A stretch of 64,000 nt of DNA from Deinococcales bacterium (GCA_043778225.1 JAYWGM010000101.1:74760-138759), one strand, 5' to 3'. Counted from the stretch's first letter, positions 30,814 to 41,455 are shown. The notes: generated by a model from the letters alone, not told the origin. A program made the numbers and translations.

Positions 30814-31736
30814 ATCAACTATTCCACACTGATGGTATCCAAGCCATTAAGCATCTGCCAGAATCTTCGGTGCATCTTATTCTCAGCGATATTCCTTACG
30901 GCATTGGCGCAGAAGATTGGGATGTACTGCACGAAAATACCAATTCGGCTTACCTTGGCTCGAGTCCAGCCCAGCAAACGGCAGGTTCGGTTTTTAAGAG
31001 CCGTGGCAAACCGATTAACGGTTGGTCAGAAGCTGACCGCGAGATTCCATTGCAGTATTACAAATGGTGTCAAACGTGGGCTGACCAGTGGTTGCGCGTC
31101 TTAAAACCGGGTGGTAGTGCAATTGTTTTTGCAGGTCGGCGTTATTCGCACCGATGTATTGCTGCCCTTGAAGATGTCGGCTTTAGTTTTAAGGATATGC
31201 TTTCGTGGCTTAAACCTCGAGCCGCCCACCGAGCGCAACGCCTGAGTCTGGTTTATGAACGTCGCACCAACCAAGAAGCCGCCGATGAATTTTTTGGCTG
31301 GCGTTTGGGCAATCTTCGTCCAACTTTTGAGCCGGTTTTGTGGTTTACAAAACCTTATAAAATCGGTACAACGGTGGCTGATAATGTTTTGCATCATGGT
31401 GTTGGTGCGTACAACGAAACCGCTTTTTTGAAATATAAAGATTCGCCAGACAATGTTTTGCGAAGTGGCTTTGCGCCCAATGAAACTGGTTTTCACCCGA
31501 CCCAAAAACCAGTCTTGCTGATGCAAGCCCTGATTGAACTGACTACCCAAAAGGGACATGTGATTTTAGACCCATTTTGCGGCAGTGGTACAACTTTATT
31601 GGCGGCAAAACATCTGGAACGCAACTACCTTGGTTTTGAAATTAACGAAAAATATGCCGCCATTGCCCAAGCTCGACTCGAGGACGATTTATTTGACCTC
31701 TTTGCCGAGCCAACTTTGCTTACTGCATCCATATGA
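30810..31736 (+). CDS. Orphan N6-adenine/N4-cytosine DNA methyltransferase, M.HindIII-like
   Basis: DIPY before HPTQKP and DPFCGSGTT (beta order); WDVLH.NTNSA, RGKP.NGWSEAD, HRAQR, NLRP.FEP.LWF blocks match my recollection of M.HindIII. Confidence 0.85.
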   Translation: MNQLFHTDGIQAIKHLPESSVHLILSDIPYGIGAEDWDVLHENTNSAYLGSSPAQQTAGSVFKSRGKPINGWSEADREIPLQYYKWCQTWADQWLRVLKPGGSAIVFAGRRYSHRCIAALEDVGFSFKDMLSWLKPRAAHRAQRLSLVYERRTNQEAADEFFGWRLGNLRPTFEPVLWFTKPYKIGTTVADNVLHHGVGAYNETAFLKYKDSPDNVLRSGFAPNETGFHPTQKPVLLMQALIELTTQKGHVILDPFCGSGTTLLAAKHLERNYLGFEINEKYAAIAQARLEDDLFDLFAEPTLLTASI

Positions 31737-32671
31737 CTTTTCTGGCTGCTATTCAAACTCAACTAGAAATAGAGGCATACCATACGACCAACGCCTTTAG
31801 CACTTGGATTCTCGAGCAGAGCGCCAAAGCCTTGGCTTCTCGAGACCCAAATACGCCCGCCCTGATTGCTTTTCCAGAGTTGATTGGTTTACCGCTTCTG
31901 TTTTTTCTCGAGCGGCAGACAAACGCCCAAACCCTGCAAGCTGCCGCCCTAGAACTTGCCAAAACCCATTGGCGCGAGGGGCTTAGGCTTGGCTGGCAAC
32001 ATCTACGCCTTGCCAGTTTGCTGTTACCCCGAGCGATTGCCATGCACACCGCGATGCTGGCTGCTTTTGCTGTGGCGGCTCGAGAACACAATGCCTATAT
32101 TGTGGCTGGCTCGAGCTTTTTGCCATTTATAGATGAAGAAGCGGCTCAGGGTATCTTTTTAGCCAACAGCCAAGTCCAAAATGTGTCTTTTTTGTTTGCT
32201 CCAAGTGGTAAACTGCTCTCAAGAAGCCCTAAAATGAACTTGACCAAAGGGTTTGAACGCCAATTGGGTTTACACACTGCACGGCTCGAGGATTGGCAAC
32301 CAACCCAGACCAGAATTGGTAAAATTGGCACACTGATTTGCTACGATGCCTTTTTTGATTCGTGTATCCAAAAAGCCGATGCAACCGGCACACAAATTCT
32401 GGTTCAGCCAAGTGCCAATGCCGCCAAGTGGACTGGGGCGTGGAGCGCCGACTCGAGTTTAATCGAAGGGCAAGAATGGCTGGCTCGAGGTGCAATCCAA
32501 CGGATTCAGCACTGCGAACATATCAAAGTGGTACTCAATCCGATGCTGGTTGGAAAACTGTTTGAGCTTGAATTTGAGGGTTGCTCGAATATTGGTTTTA
32601 ATGGCACTCGAGAACCTATTTTTGCGCCTTCTTATACCAATTTTGCGGTGGTTTCAGGGCTGCTCGAGTAA
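31733..32671 (+). CDS. Carbon-nitrogen hydrolase (nitrilase superfamily)
   Basis: FPE, K.NL and LICYD catalytic triad. Confidence 0.8.
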   Translation: MTFLAAIQTQLEIEAYHTTNAFSTWILEQSAKALASRDPNTPALIAFPELIGLPLLFFLERQTNAQTLQAAALELAKTHWREGLRLGWQHLRLASLLLPRAIAMHTAMLAAFAVAAREHNAYIVAGSSFLPFIDEEAAQGIFLANSQVQNVSFLFAPSGKLLSRSPKMNLTKGFERQLGLHTARLEDWQPTQTRIGKIGTLICYDAFFDSCIQKADATGTQILVQPSANAAKWTGAWSADSSLIEGQEWLARGAIQRIQHCEHIKVVLNPMLVGKLFELEFEGCSNIGFNGTREPIFAPSYTNFAVVSGLLE

Positions 32672-34126
32672 ATTCTGTACTGCTGTTTTTAGATTTTCTT
32701 GTGCCATCTCGAGGTTCTGCACTTTTTGGCTATGCCAGTTTTTTGTTTGCTCGAGTCTCAGACCTGCTTTCTCCAGCGCCACCTGCACCACACTTGGCGC
32801 ACTGCCCCCCAAGGTTGTGCGGCGCTCTACAAAGTTTTGTGGATTTAGCGCCCCCTGCACAAACTGGTCGGTTAGCTCGAGCCGAATTTCGGTCATGCTT
32901 TGGACAATCTCGGCTGTTAGTTGTGTCGGCTCTAAACTGTGCTGAACTGCATTATCTATGGTTCTCGAGACAATGGTATGGGCTGTTTTGAAGGTCAGAC
33001 CCACCCCAACCAAGGCATCAGCTAAACCTGTGGCAGTAATAAAATGTTTTCCTGCGGCATGGCGCATTTTTGCGGTCTCAAAACTTGAAATCTCGAGAAC
33101 AGCAGTTAGTAATCCAGTGGCAGCGCGGCTATCTTCAAGGGCTGATAGCACCACTGGCAAGAGCGGCTCAGCAACATCGTTGACATCGCCAAAGGGAATA
33201 TGGTGGCACATCGTAAAAGCCGTTTGGGCTGCACCGTTGGCTCGAGCCAACTTAGCGCGGATGTGTTCCAAGACCACAGGATTGCGTTTTTGCGGCATGA
33301 TGCTGCTGATTTGGACAAATGAATCTGCCACCCGAAAAAAACCAGTTTCTTGAGTCGCCCAAAAAATCAGGTCATGTACCAGCCTCGAGAGGTTGGTGTT
33401 GCAAATCTGTAAAGCGCTCAGTAACTCAAGGCTGTGGTCGGAAGCCCCAACTGCATCTATGCCATTCTCGAGTAAGGACTCAAAACCCAGCCAATCAGCC
33501 ACACTTTGACGGTTGATGGCAAAACCAGTCCCAGTCATGGCAACTGCCCCAAGCGGCGAAAGATTGATGCTCGAATAAGCGGCTTTAAGGCGTTGTAAAT
33601 CGCGCTCAAGAACCCCAAGAATCCCAGATAAATAATGTCCAAGGGTGGTCGGTTGGGCTGGCTGATGATGGGTGTAGCCGGGCATCAGCCAAGTCAGACC
33701 TGCTAAGGCTCGAGTTTGTAGTACCACTCCTATTTGGGTGACAACTTCGATTGCTTCGAGGGTTTCGCGGCGCAGTATCATCCGAATCAGGGCAGCATCG
33801 GTGTCGTTGCGACTGCGGGCAATATGCAGATTACCGGCTGCATCTGTGCCAGCCAGTGCCAGAAGACGTGCCTCGAGTGCAAAAAATAAATCCTCGAAAT
33901 TTTGAGAATAAGTAAAGGTTTCGCTCGCCACTGTCTCGAGGGCAGCACAAATTTTTTTGGCATGGTCTAGCTCGAGTAAACCAGACTGCCAAAGCATTAG
34001 GGCATGGGCGCGGCTGACCTCGAGTAGGGGCGCTAAAAAATGTTGCTCAGCTTGGCGAAAATGTGGCTCGAGCAGATATTTTACATATTGCGGATTCCAG
34101 TCTTTTTTTGGCTTGGCTTGGCTCAT
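32654..34126 (-). CDS. argH: Argininosuccinate lyase
   Basis: [32 protein letters not shown]; start uncertain. Confidence 0.9.
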   Translation of the reverse strand: MSQAKPKKDWNPQYVKYLLEPHFRQAEQHFLAPLLEVSRAHALMLWQSGLLELDHAKKICAALETVASETFTYSQNFEDLFFALEARLLALAGTDAAGNLHIARSRNDTDAALIRMILRRETLEAIEVVTQIGVVLQTRALAGLTWLMPGYTHHQPAQPTTLGHYLSGILGVLERDLQRLKAAYSSINLSPLGAVAMTGTGFAINRQSVADWLGFESLLENGIDAVGASDHSLELLSALQICNTNLSRLVHDLIFWATQETGFFRVADSFVQISSIMPQKRNPVVLEHIRAKLARANGAAQTAFTMCHHIPFGDVNDVAEPLLPVVLSALEDSRAATGLLTAVLEISSFETAKMRHAAGKHFITATGLADALVGVGLTFKTAHTIVSRTIDNAVQHSLEPTQLTAEIVQSMTEIRLELTDQFVQGALNPQNFVERRTTLGGSAPSVVQVALEKAGLRLEQTKNWHSQKVQNLEMAQENLKTAVQNLLEQP

Positions 34127-34177
34127 GGTTCTATTCTGACCTTTGTGCTTTACCTTTTTGACCTTAGAATGCCTCAT

Positions 34178-35068
34178 ATGTCCGAACTTCCGACTCCCAA
34201 AGTCATTTCCCGACCCAATACAGCCCGTTTACTGATTAGCTGCCCCGATAAACGCGGTATTGTGGCGGCGGTATCGCAGTTTTTATTTAATCACAATGCC
34301 AACATCATCTCTTCAGACCAGCACAGCATTGACCCCGAAGGTGGGCGTTTTTTTATGCGCCAAGAATTTTCTTTAGAAGGACTAGACCTGACCAGAACGC
34401 AATTTGAACGGGCTTTTCAAGAAGTCGTGGCTACACCTTTTGGTATGGAATGGAGTTTATCCTATGCCACCGAACCCAAACGCATGGCGATTTTATGCAG
34501 CAAATACGATCATTGCCTCATGGATTTACTCTGGCGGGTGCGGCGCGGCGAATTTGACTGTGAAATCACGATGGTGATTAGCAACCACACCGACCTCGAG
34601 CCGGATGTGACCGCCTTTGAAATTCCGTACCATTTGGTCGAGTCGCAAAAAGGCACGGACAAAGCCAAGTCTGAAGCCGAAATCCTCGAGTTGTTGCACA
34701 ACCAAGCCGATTTTGTGGTGCTGGCACGCTATATGCAGATTTTATCGGGCGATTTTTTAGAAAAGTTAGCCGTACCCGTGATTAACATCCACCATAGTTT
34801 TTTGCCAGCTTTTATTGGTGCAAATCCCTATAAAAGCGCCGCCCAACGTGGTGTTAAAATTATTGGTGCAACCGCCCATTATGTGACCGCCGAACTCGAC
34901 GGTGGTCCAATTATCGAGCAAGATGTCTCGAGGGTGACACACCGCGATGATGTCAAAGCCATGACCCGAGTCGGACGCGACATCGAACGGGCGGTGCTGG
35001 CTCGAGCCGTCAAAGCCCATCTCGAGGACAGGGTTTTGGTCTATCAGAATAAAACTGTGGTGTTTTAA
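34178..35068 (+). CDS. purU: Formyltetrahydrofolate deformylase
   Basis: [41 protein letters not shown]. Confidence 0.95.
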   Translation: MSELPTPKVISRPNTARLLISCPDKRGIVAAVSQFLFNHNANIISSDQHSIDPEGGRFFMRQEFSLEGLDLTRTQFERAFQEVVATPFGMEWSLSYATEPKRMAILCSKYDHCLMDLLWRVRRGEFDCEITMVISNHTDLEPDVTAFEIPYHLVESQKGTDKAKSEAEILELLHNQADFVVLARYMQILSGDFLEKLAVPVINIHHSFLPAFIGANPYKSAAQRGVKIIGATAHYVTAELDGGPIIEQDVSRVTHRDDVKAMTRVGRDIERAVLARAVKAHLEDRVLVYQNKTVVF

Positions 35069-35361
35069 GTCAAAACGCTCAGAATCAGTTGTGGGTCTCG
35101 CAATGCGACTGCAATCAAGACTTTAGCCGCGCCGCGTGGATGCCGGCGGTTTTGTTCCCAGTTTTCGATGGTGCGTGGGCTGACACCAAGCAAACGGGCG
35201 AATTCGGCTCGAGGTAAATTCAGTTTGGCTCGAGCTTCTGCCACAGGCAGTTCACGGGTCGTGACTCGCCCTTCGAGCTTACCTTCGGCAATTTCTACAG
35301 CTTGCCTAGCGCTCTCGAGCAGCATGGTTTCAAATTCACTGATTTTTTTTAGACGTGGCAT
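35065..35361 (-). CDS. HigA-like HTH antitoxin
   Basis: [22 protein letters not shown]. Confidence 0.85.
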   Translation of the reverse strand: MPRLKKISEFETMLLESARQAVEIAEGKLEGRVTTRELPVAEARAKLNLPRAEFARLLGVSPRTIENWEQNRRHPRGAAKVLIAVALRDPQLILSVLT

Positions 35362-35668
35362 CTTTTAACCTCTCAATCAACTTCTTGAGTTCATTTTTTC
35401 CGTTATTACTGAGATTAGCAGCACTGTTTTTGGCGAAAGCAACCAGCAGCCAAATTGTGTCGCCAATTTCAACATAGACAACCCGAATCCCGCCGCTTTT
35501 CCCACCTCCACTTCTTGCCCAACGCATTTTTCGAGCGCCACCAGTGCCTGTCATGACTGCTCCAAGTTCCAAATTTTCGAGTAAAGCATTTTGTAGTTTT
35601 CGTTGTTCTTCATCGTCTAAAAGCTGGTCTATTGCACGGATAAAATGAGGTGTTTCAATAAACCGCAT
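35336..35668 (-). CDS. HigB-2/RelE-family toxin
   Basis: FIET..F, GTGGARKMRW, GKSGG.RVVY, LL..FAKN. Confidence 0.88.
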   Translation of the reverse strand: MRFIETPHFIRAIDQLLDDEEQRKLQNALLENLELGAVMTGTGGARKMRWARSGGGKSGGIRVVYVEIGDTIWLLVAFAKNSAANLSNNGKNELKKLIERLKDATSKKNQ

Positions 35669-35677
35669 AGATTACTT

Positions 35678-35692
35678 TACGCCATTGGCGTA
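35678..35692. promoter_or_regulatory. Palindromic operator in the higBA promoter
   Basis: TACGCCA-T-TGGCGTA overlapping the promoter spacer and -10 immediately upstream of the toxin ATG. Confidence 0.65.
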
Positions 35693-35730
35693 TATAAATC
35701 AAGTCTAGAATCTTTTTTTGAAATAGTACA

Positions 35731-36759
35731 ATGAAGGCTATGAGCAACAAATTACATTTGCTTTTGCTCGAGTGGTACGACACCCATGCTCGAGTCTTGC
35801 CGTGGCGACAAACCAAAGCTGGTTCTCGAGAACCTTACCAAGTTTGGCTTTCAGAAATTTTATTACAACAGACCCAAGTTTCTCGAGCCAGCAGTTATTA
35901 CGAGTCTTTTCTCGAGGCTTTTCCGACCCTGCAAGACCTTGCGGCTGCGCCACTCGATACTGTCCTAAAACTCTGGGAGGGGGCTGGATACTATGCCCGC
36001 GCCAGAAGCCTGCACCGCGCCGCGCAAATCATGGCAGAAAGTGGCACACCGAGTGCTTATCTGGCTTGGCTCGAATTGCCAGGCGTTGGGCGCTATACGG
36101 CTGCTGCAATTGCCAGTTTAAGCACCAACCAAGCCGTGGCGGCGGTGGATGGCAATGTCCGCCGAGTATTGGCACGGCTCGAGAACAACGCTAACCCGTC
36201 TGAAGATTGGCTCTGGGCAACCGCCACAAGCTATCTTGAAAAAGACCGTGCTGGCGCATGGAACGAAGCCCTGATTGAACTTGGGGCAACGATTTGTAAA
36301 CCAAAAAAACCGCTTTGTCTCGAATGTCCAATTGCAAAACACTGTTTGGCTTTTCGTGCCAATACCATGCTGTCTGTGCCAGCCCCCAAAGCTCGAGCCA
36401 AAGTCAAACTGGTCAAGGCGGTGGCTTTATTGCTGCATTTTGGGGGCGAAGTCTACCTCGAGTTACGACCAAAAAACGGTTTGCTGGGTGGCTTATACGG
36501 TGTACCACTCGAGTCAATCAGCACCACCCTCGAGGCTGCGCTCGAGTTGCTACTCAAGCGCTACACACCCTTACACTCCTTGGGTGGGTGGTGCGGGGAG
36601 GTATCGCACACCATGACCCACCGCCAGTTTGAAATTTCGGTCTTTGCGCTCGAGTCTAAACGCCCCGATTTAGTGCGACCGACAACTCGAGCCATCGCTA
36701 ACCTCGACCGTAAAATTCTTAAACTGCTCGAGTCTGGCTTACCCGTCACCTCTTCTTGA
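35731..36759 (+). CDS. mutY: A/G-specific adenine glycosylase
   Basis: WLSEILLQQTQV, WEGAGYYARAR, LPGVGRYTA, VDGNVRRV, C-X6-C-X2-C-X5-C Fe-S motif. Confidence 0.93.
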   Translation: MKAMSNKLHLLLLEWYDTHARVLPWRQTKAGSREPYQVWLSEILLQQTQVSRASSYYESFLEAFPTLQDLAAAPLDTVLKLWEGAGYYARARSLHRAAQIMAESGTPSAYLAWLELPGVGRYTAAAIASLSTNQAVAAVDGNVRRVLARLENNANPSEDWLWATATSYLEKDRAGAWNEALIELGATICKPKKPLCLECPIAKHCLAFRANTMLSVPAPKARAKVKLVKAVALLLHFGGEVYLELRPKNGLLGGLYGVPLESISTTLEAALELLLKRYTPLHSLGGWCGEVSHTMTHRQFEISVFALESKRPDLVRPTTRAIANLDRKILKLLESGLPVTSS

Positions 36760-37592
36760 CCAATCTGGTTGTAGAATACCCTGTGCGTGGTTCTCTTGGC
36801 GTTTTTAATTTGCTGGATTTGCTGCAACTCTTGTCGCAGAATCAGTCAAAAGGCTGTTTGGTGGTTTACCATCCGTCTGAACGCGAGGGGCGAGTTTTTT
36901 TTGATTCTGGGCGGATAACCCATGTTGCTTTTGGCACAACCACCGATGCCGAGGCGCTGCACGTGATGCTCAAAGACGAGCGCGGTAATTTTGAATTCCA
37001 ACCCTCAAAAGCCCCCGCCAAAAAAACCATTGACCAAGCCTTTGATAACCTAATGCTCGAGGTCATCCGTGGCTTAGATGATGGCTCGAGTACAGTCGAG
37101 AAACAAATTCCAATTCCCGAAGAACTCGATACCCCCAGAATTCTTGATGTCGCTAGGGTGAGTGCTTTAACCATGTCTGCCGACGAATTTGCGATTGTCC
37201 AACTGATCGATGGCGAGCGCACCGTGGTTAGTATTTCGCAAGCCACTTCACAGCCTTTGGAATCAGTCCAACGAACCCTGATTAGGCTCTCGAGCATGGG
37301 AATGCTCGAAATCAATAAGCGCAAAGCTCGGGTGGCGCGTTTGGTGATTGGTTTGTCTCGAGAAATGACCGGAATGCAAGTCTGCGTGGACGACGTGATT
37401 CTACGAGCTTGGGACAGGCAGCATGGTCGTCCGGTCAAAAAGGTACGAATGCGCGACGAAGCTGGGCGGGAGTTTATTTTTGAAGCCATCAGTGCGCCAA
37501 ACTTAGGTGCATATGCGCTTTTTTCTAACAATGCCCTGACTCGCTTTGATTTACGTGCCGGTGGTAATGTGCTTATTAAACCCGAAGTCTAA
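36756..37592 (+). CDS. DUF4388 (PATAN-like) domain protein
   Basis: GSL..F.L.DLLQLL......G.L, G..FF..G.I.H; upstream of pilT. Confidence 0.75.
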   Translation: MTNLVVEYPVRGSLGVFNLLDLLQLLSQNQSKGCLVVYHPSEREGRVFFDSGRITHVAFGTTTDAEALHVMLKDERGNFEFQPSKAPAKKTIDQAFDNLMLEVIRGLDDGSSTVEKQIPIPEELDTPRILDVARVSALTMSADEFAIVQLIDGERTVVSISQATSQPLESVQRTLIRLSSMGMLEINKRKARVARLVIGLSREMTGMQVCVDDVILRAWDRQHGRPVKKVRMRDEAGREFIFEAISAPNLGAYALFSNNALTRFDLRAGGNVLIKPEV

Positions 37593-37626
37593 GTTTAGGT
37601 GTACAGTATAACTCGAGGAGAAAATA

Positions 37627-38754
37627 ATGGCGCAAAGCGTGACAATTGTGGACTTATTGCGGACGATGGTAGCGCGAGGCGTTTCTGATGTGCATTTGCA
37701 AGTTGGTTCACCACCAATGGGACGGGTTCATGGCACATTGACGGCTTTTCACAGCGAAGCCCTAAAGCCCGACCAGACCAAAATGATTGGACGTACCCTT
37801 TTAACAACCGAACAATGGGAAGAATTTGAGTACCGTCATGAACTCGACTTTGCCTATCTTGTGCCTAATGTGGCGCGTTTCCGTTGCAATATCTTTCGTC
37901 AGCGCGGCAGTATTGGCTTGGTCATGCGGGTTATCCCCGATGCGATTGCCAGCTTTGAGAGTCTGGGGCTACCAGCCGATTTGATGGAAGAATTCTGCGG
38001 CAAAGAACGCGGTATTATTTTGACCACAGGTCCGACCGGTTCGGGCAAAAGTACCACCATGGCAGCCATTGTCGACAAAATTAACCGCACCTATGCTCAT
38101 AACATCATCACCATCGAAGACCCAATCGAATACTTGCACCGCAATCAGCGCAGCCTTGTGGTGCAGCGTGAAGTTGGCTCAGATACCTCGGATTTTAAGA
38201 GCGCCCTGAAATATGCCATGCGTCAAGACCCCGATGTGATTATGATTGGCGAGATGCGCGACAAAGAAACCGTTGAAGCCGCGATTACCGCCGCCCAGAC
38301 GGGTCACTTGGTCTTGAGTACGCTGCACACCCAAGACGCGATTCGCAGTGTCAACCGTATTATTGACTTTTTCCCGCCCCATGAGCGCGATCAAATCAGG
38401 ATTTTGTTTGCCGAATCTTTGGTCGGTATTTTATCACAGCGCTTATTGCCTCGAGCCGATGGTTCTGGACGGGTGCTGGCATTGGAAGTGATGATTAACA
38501 CGCCACTTATCCGCGACTACATCAAAGACGAAAACAAAACCCCAGAAATTAAAGATGCGATGCGCGAAGACAACAACCGTGGCATGACCACCTTCGATCA
38601 ACATTTGGTACAGTTGTATTTCTCGGGCATGATTTCTTTTGAGGAAGGTTTGTCGGCTGCCACCAGTCCAGACGAGTACAAACTGATGATTACCCAAGGT
38701 TCAACCGCCCACAATTCATTCACTTCTCAAGGCAACGCTCACGCCCCATCCTAG
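37627..38754 (+). CDS. pilT: PilT/PilU type IV pilus retraction ATPase
   Basis: GPTGSGKSTT, TIEDPIE, RQDPDVIMIGEMRD, TGHLVLSTLHT, GMTTFD. Confidence 0.9.
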   Translation: MAQSVTIVDLLRTMVARGVSDVHLQVGSPPMGRVHGTLTAFHSEALKPDQTKMIGRTLLTTEQWEEFEYRHELDFAYLVPNVARFRCNIFRQRGSIGLVMRVIPDAIASFESLGLPADLMEEFCGKERGIILTTGPTGSGKSTTMAAIVDKINRTYAHNIITIEDPIEYLHRNQRSLVVQREVGSDTSDFKSALKYAMRQDPDVIMIGEMRDKETVEAAITAAQTGHLVLSTLHTQDAIRSVNRIIDFFPPHERDQIRILFAESLVGILSQRLLPRADGSGRVLALEVMINTPLIRDYIKDENKTPEIKDAMREDNNRGMTTFDQHLVQLYFSGMISFEEGLSAATSPDEYKLMITQGSTAHNSFTSQGNAHAPS

Positions 38755-38758
38755 GTGC

Positions 38759-38856
38759 AGTCAAAGTGGTTTTCGCACACGCCAAGTCAAGTGGTTTTCG
38801 CACACGCCAAGTCAAAGTGGTTTTCGCACACGCCAAGTCAAGTGGTTTTTGCACAC
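38759..38856. repeat. Tandem repeat, alternating 26/25-bp unit, ~4 copies
   Basis: AGTCAA(A)GTGGTTTTCGCACACGCCA, starting 4 nt after the pilT stop. Confidence 0.92.
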
Positions 38857-38888
38857 ATTATTCTGAGTCCAGCGTGTAGACTGGTTGC

Positions 38889-40031
38889 GTGAGTGACTGG
38901 ATTAGTACAATACGGCAATCTGTCGGTGGCAATACCCACGCCGAAATCAATTCTCCTGATGCTGGAATGCTTTTGACCGATAACGAATTGGTCTATATCA
39001 ATGTCGGTGGGATGCAGCGTGCAAGGCTGGGTGAAATTGCTAAAGTGGCTCGAGAAAACGGCGAATTGGTGATTTCATCCACCGACCGCCCTTTGATTCG
39101 CGGCGCAATTAAAGCCGACAAAGAAACTCTGGCAAATTTCTTTTCGCAAGTGCGCCAAGTGGCAGCTTGGTCTCGAGAACGCCGCACCGTGATTATGGAT
39201 TCGCCCAGTGCCACCCCGATGGACTCGAGTTTTGTTGGGCGCACCCCAGATGGTCTTGTCCGACCCGATTTACCAGACCCAATTGCCGAAATGCCAGTGC
39301 CTGTAGCCACTCGCCCAGTGGTGATGGTTGCACCAATCGAGTCTTTGCCGCCGTTGTTGTCACGTCCAGACCCAACCCAATCTCTGGGTCGTGGTGTCCC
39401 GCCAGTACCGCGAATCTCCGACGAAAACTTGATTGCCCAAGACCGCCCTCGGGTGGTGGCATCGGTCGCGCCGCGTTTTTCGGAAACTCGGTCCGAGCCT
39501 GTGCGGCTCGAGTATGCTGGTTTCTGGGTGCGCTTTGGGGCATACTTTATTGATTTAATCGTACTGGGTTTAGCCAGCGGGGTGCTTTCTTTTGTGTTCT
39601 CGAGCGGTGATGCTGCCAGTGGTTTAGGCTTGGCTTCGTTTGCCAACCTGATTTTTACTTGGTTGTACTTTGCTTTTCTCGAGTCTGGCGAACGCCAAGG
39701 TACACTGGGCAAAATGGCGTTGGGTCTAACAGTAACAGACATGAATCAGCAGCGCATTTCGTTTCTTCATGCCACAGGTCGCTACTTGGCTCGAGCCATT
39801 CCAGCCGTGGTGATTGTTTTTGGGGCTTTTTTGACTTTGGGCGCGGCTGCCCTTGCTTCCGCCCTTTCGTTCAGCAATTCGGGTTCAGTTAGAGCAACAC
39901 TTGCACCTTTGGTTGGTGGTGCTTTCTTGGCATTGTTGCTTTTACTTGTGACCTATTTAATGGCGGCGTTTACCGCCAAAAAACAAGCCTTGCACGATTT
40001 AATTGCCAGAACCCTGGTCTTAAAAAAATAA
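38889..40031 (+). CDS. RDD-family membrane protein with N-terminal domain and Pro-rich linker
   Basis: YAGFWVRFGAYFID, QGTLGKMALGL.V, KQALHDLIART.V. Confidence 0.85.
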   Translation: MSDWISTIRQSVGGNTHAEINSPDAGMLLTDNELVYINVGGMQRARLGEIAKVARENGELVISSTDRPLIRGAIKADKETLANFFSQVRQVAAWSRERRTVIMDSPSATPMDSSFVGRTPDGLVRPDLPDPIAEMPVPVATRPVVMVAPIESLPPLLSRPDPTQSLGRGVPPVPRISDENLIAQDRPRVVASVAPRFSETRSEPVRLEYAGFWVRFGAYFIDLIVLGLASGVLSFVFSSGDAASGLGLASFANLIFTWLYFAFLESGERQGTLGKMALGLTVTDMNQQRISFLHATGRYLARAIPAVVIVFGAFLTLGAAALASALSFSNSGSVRATLAPLVGGAFLALLLLLVTYLMAAFTAKKQALHDLIARTLVLKK

Positions 40032-40032
40032 C

Positions 40033-40806
40033 TCAATAGGTAAAATGCTTAATTTGCTCACCACGAGCGCCAATCTCGGTCATGGCTTCAATCCCAATAT
40101 CCAAATGCACATCTACCCATTTCTTGGTGACTTCTCTGTCCGAAGCATCGGTCTTGACTCCATCTGGAGTAATCGGCACATCCGAAACCAGCAACAGCGC
40201 CCCTCGAGCAATTTCGTTGTGATGCCCGACAATAAAAATCGTGGCGGTTTCCATATCGATGCCAATACAGGTTAAGCGTTTGAGCCGCTCGAGAAAATCC
40301 AAATCGTGTTCCCAAACCCGCCGATTGGTGGTGTAAATCACGCCCGTGCGGTACTCGAGGTTTCGCTCCACAATTTTATCCGAGACAAATTTATGGAGCT
40401 TAAAACTTGGTAAAGCGGGGACTTCAGGCGGAAAATAATCGTTAGAAGTGCCTTCACCACGAATGGCAGCGATTGGCAAAATAAAATTCCCCAGTTCGGT
40501 ACTGCTTTTTAAGCCGCCGCATTTGCCTAAAAACAATACGCCTTTGGGCATCCGCGCCGATAGTAAATCCATGACCGTCGCCGCATTGGCACTGCCGATG
40601 CCGAAATTGACCATCGTCAAACCAGCGCTGTTGGTACAGGCTTGCATCGCTTTACCTTCACCGTAAACATCCGCTCCAAAGCGATTAGCAAAACGCGCAA
40701 CATAGTCGTCAAAATTAGTCAGCAAAATATAATCACCGAACATATCCACGGGCATTCCGGTATAACGCGGCAACCAGTTTTGGGTAATCTCGAGTTTTGA
40801 TTTCAT
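40033..40806 (-). CDS. amn: AMP nucleosidase (short type)
   Basis: NWLPRYTG, NFGIGSANAA, FLGKCGG, AIRGEGTS.DY, IDMETAT. Confidence 0.88.
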   Translation of the reverse strand: MKSKLEITQNWLPRYTGMPVDMFGDYILLTNFDDYVARFANRFGADVYGEGKAMQACTNSAGLTMVNFGIGSANAATVMDLLSARMPKGVLFLGKCGGLKSSTELGNFILPIAAIRGEGTSNDYFPPEVPALPSFKLHKFVSDKIVERNLEYRTGVIYTTNRRVWEHDLDFLERLKRLTCIGIDMETATIFIVGHHNEIARGALLLVSDVPITPDGVKTDASDREVTKKWVDVHLDIGIEAMTEIGARGEQIKHFTY

Positions 40807-40813
40807 ACACGCA

Positions 40814-40898
40814 TCATACTCGAGTCGCAGAGGCACGTCATACTCGAGACCTCAGAGGCACGTCATACTCGAGCAACCAGAGGCACGTCATACTCGAG
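40814..40898. repeat. Four copies of TCATACTCGAG with a 24-25 bp period in a divergent promoter region
   Basis: CAGAGGCACGTCATACTCGAG units separated by 3-4 variable nt. Confidence 0.9.
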
Positions 40899-40939
40899 CA
40901 ACTAGAATCATTGACACTCGAGCGGTTAGAATACACGCC

Positions 40940-41455
40940 ATGAACAAGAATGTAATTGGAATTATGGTCGGCGTGGTTGTTCTGGCATTAGGCGCTTTAT
41001 ATGTCTACGTCAGCTTTGGCTCTGGAACGCAAAACTCTGGCAGCCCCCCATCTATTGTAAGCCCAGAAGCACCTGCTAGTGCGATGTGTGCTGCCCAACC
41101 AGCCGCCAACACCAGCCTAAAAGACGCGGATGTAACCGAACTCAAAAAAGAAGATGTCAAAGTCGGCACTGGCGCAGAAGCAGTCGCAGGAAAAACCGTG
41201 GTGGTGAATTACATCGGGCGATTGGTTGATGGTAAGCAGTTTGATGCTTCTTGCGACCGCAGCCCCTTTGATTTTCCGCTCGGGGCTGGCGGCGTGATTC
41301 AGGGCTGGGACCAAGGCGTGGCGGGAATGAAAGTTGGCGGGCAACGCCGTTTGATTATTCCCTCGAGCCTAGGCTACGGCGCAGCAGGGGCGGGTTCAGA
41401 TATTCCACCCAATGCGGCTTTGATTTTTGATGTTGAACTGCTCGAGGTACGCTGA
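40940..41455 (+). CDS. FKBP-type peptidyl-prolyl isomerase with N-terminal membrane anchor
   Basis: VNY.G.L.DGK.FD.S, VIQGWDQG, LGYG, IPPNA.LIFDVELL. Confidence 0.93.
   Translation: MNKNVIGIMVGVVVLALGALYVYVSFGSGTQNSGSPPSIVSPEAPASAMCAAQPAANTSLKDADVTELKKEDVKVGTGAEAVAGKTVVVNYIGRLVDGKQFDASCDRSPFDFPLGAGGVIQGWDQGVAGMKVGGQRRLIIPSSLGYGAAGAGSDIPPNAALIFDVELLEVR

Noticed and set aside
30810..31736. This methyltransferase as the cause of the CTCGAG excess
   Set aside because: It is a beta-order, HindIII-like enzyme; XhoI/PaeR7I-type CTCGAG methyltransferases belong to a different class. Not excluded without a methylome
36866..39742. Long antisense ORFs (221 and 249 aa) and similar shadow ORFs across the window
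   Set aside because: They lie entirely opposite well-supported genes and have no motifs
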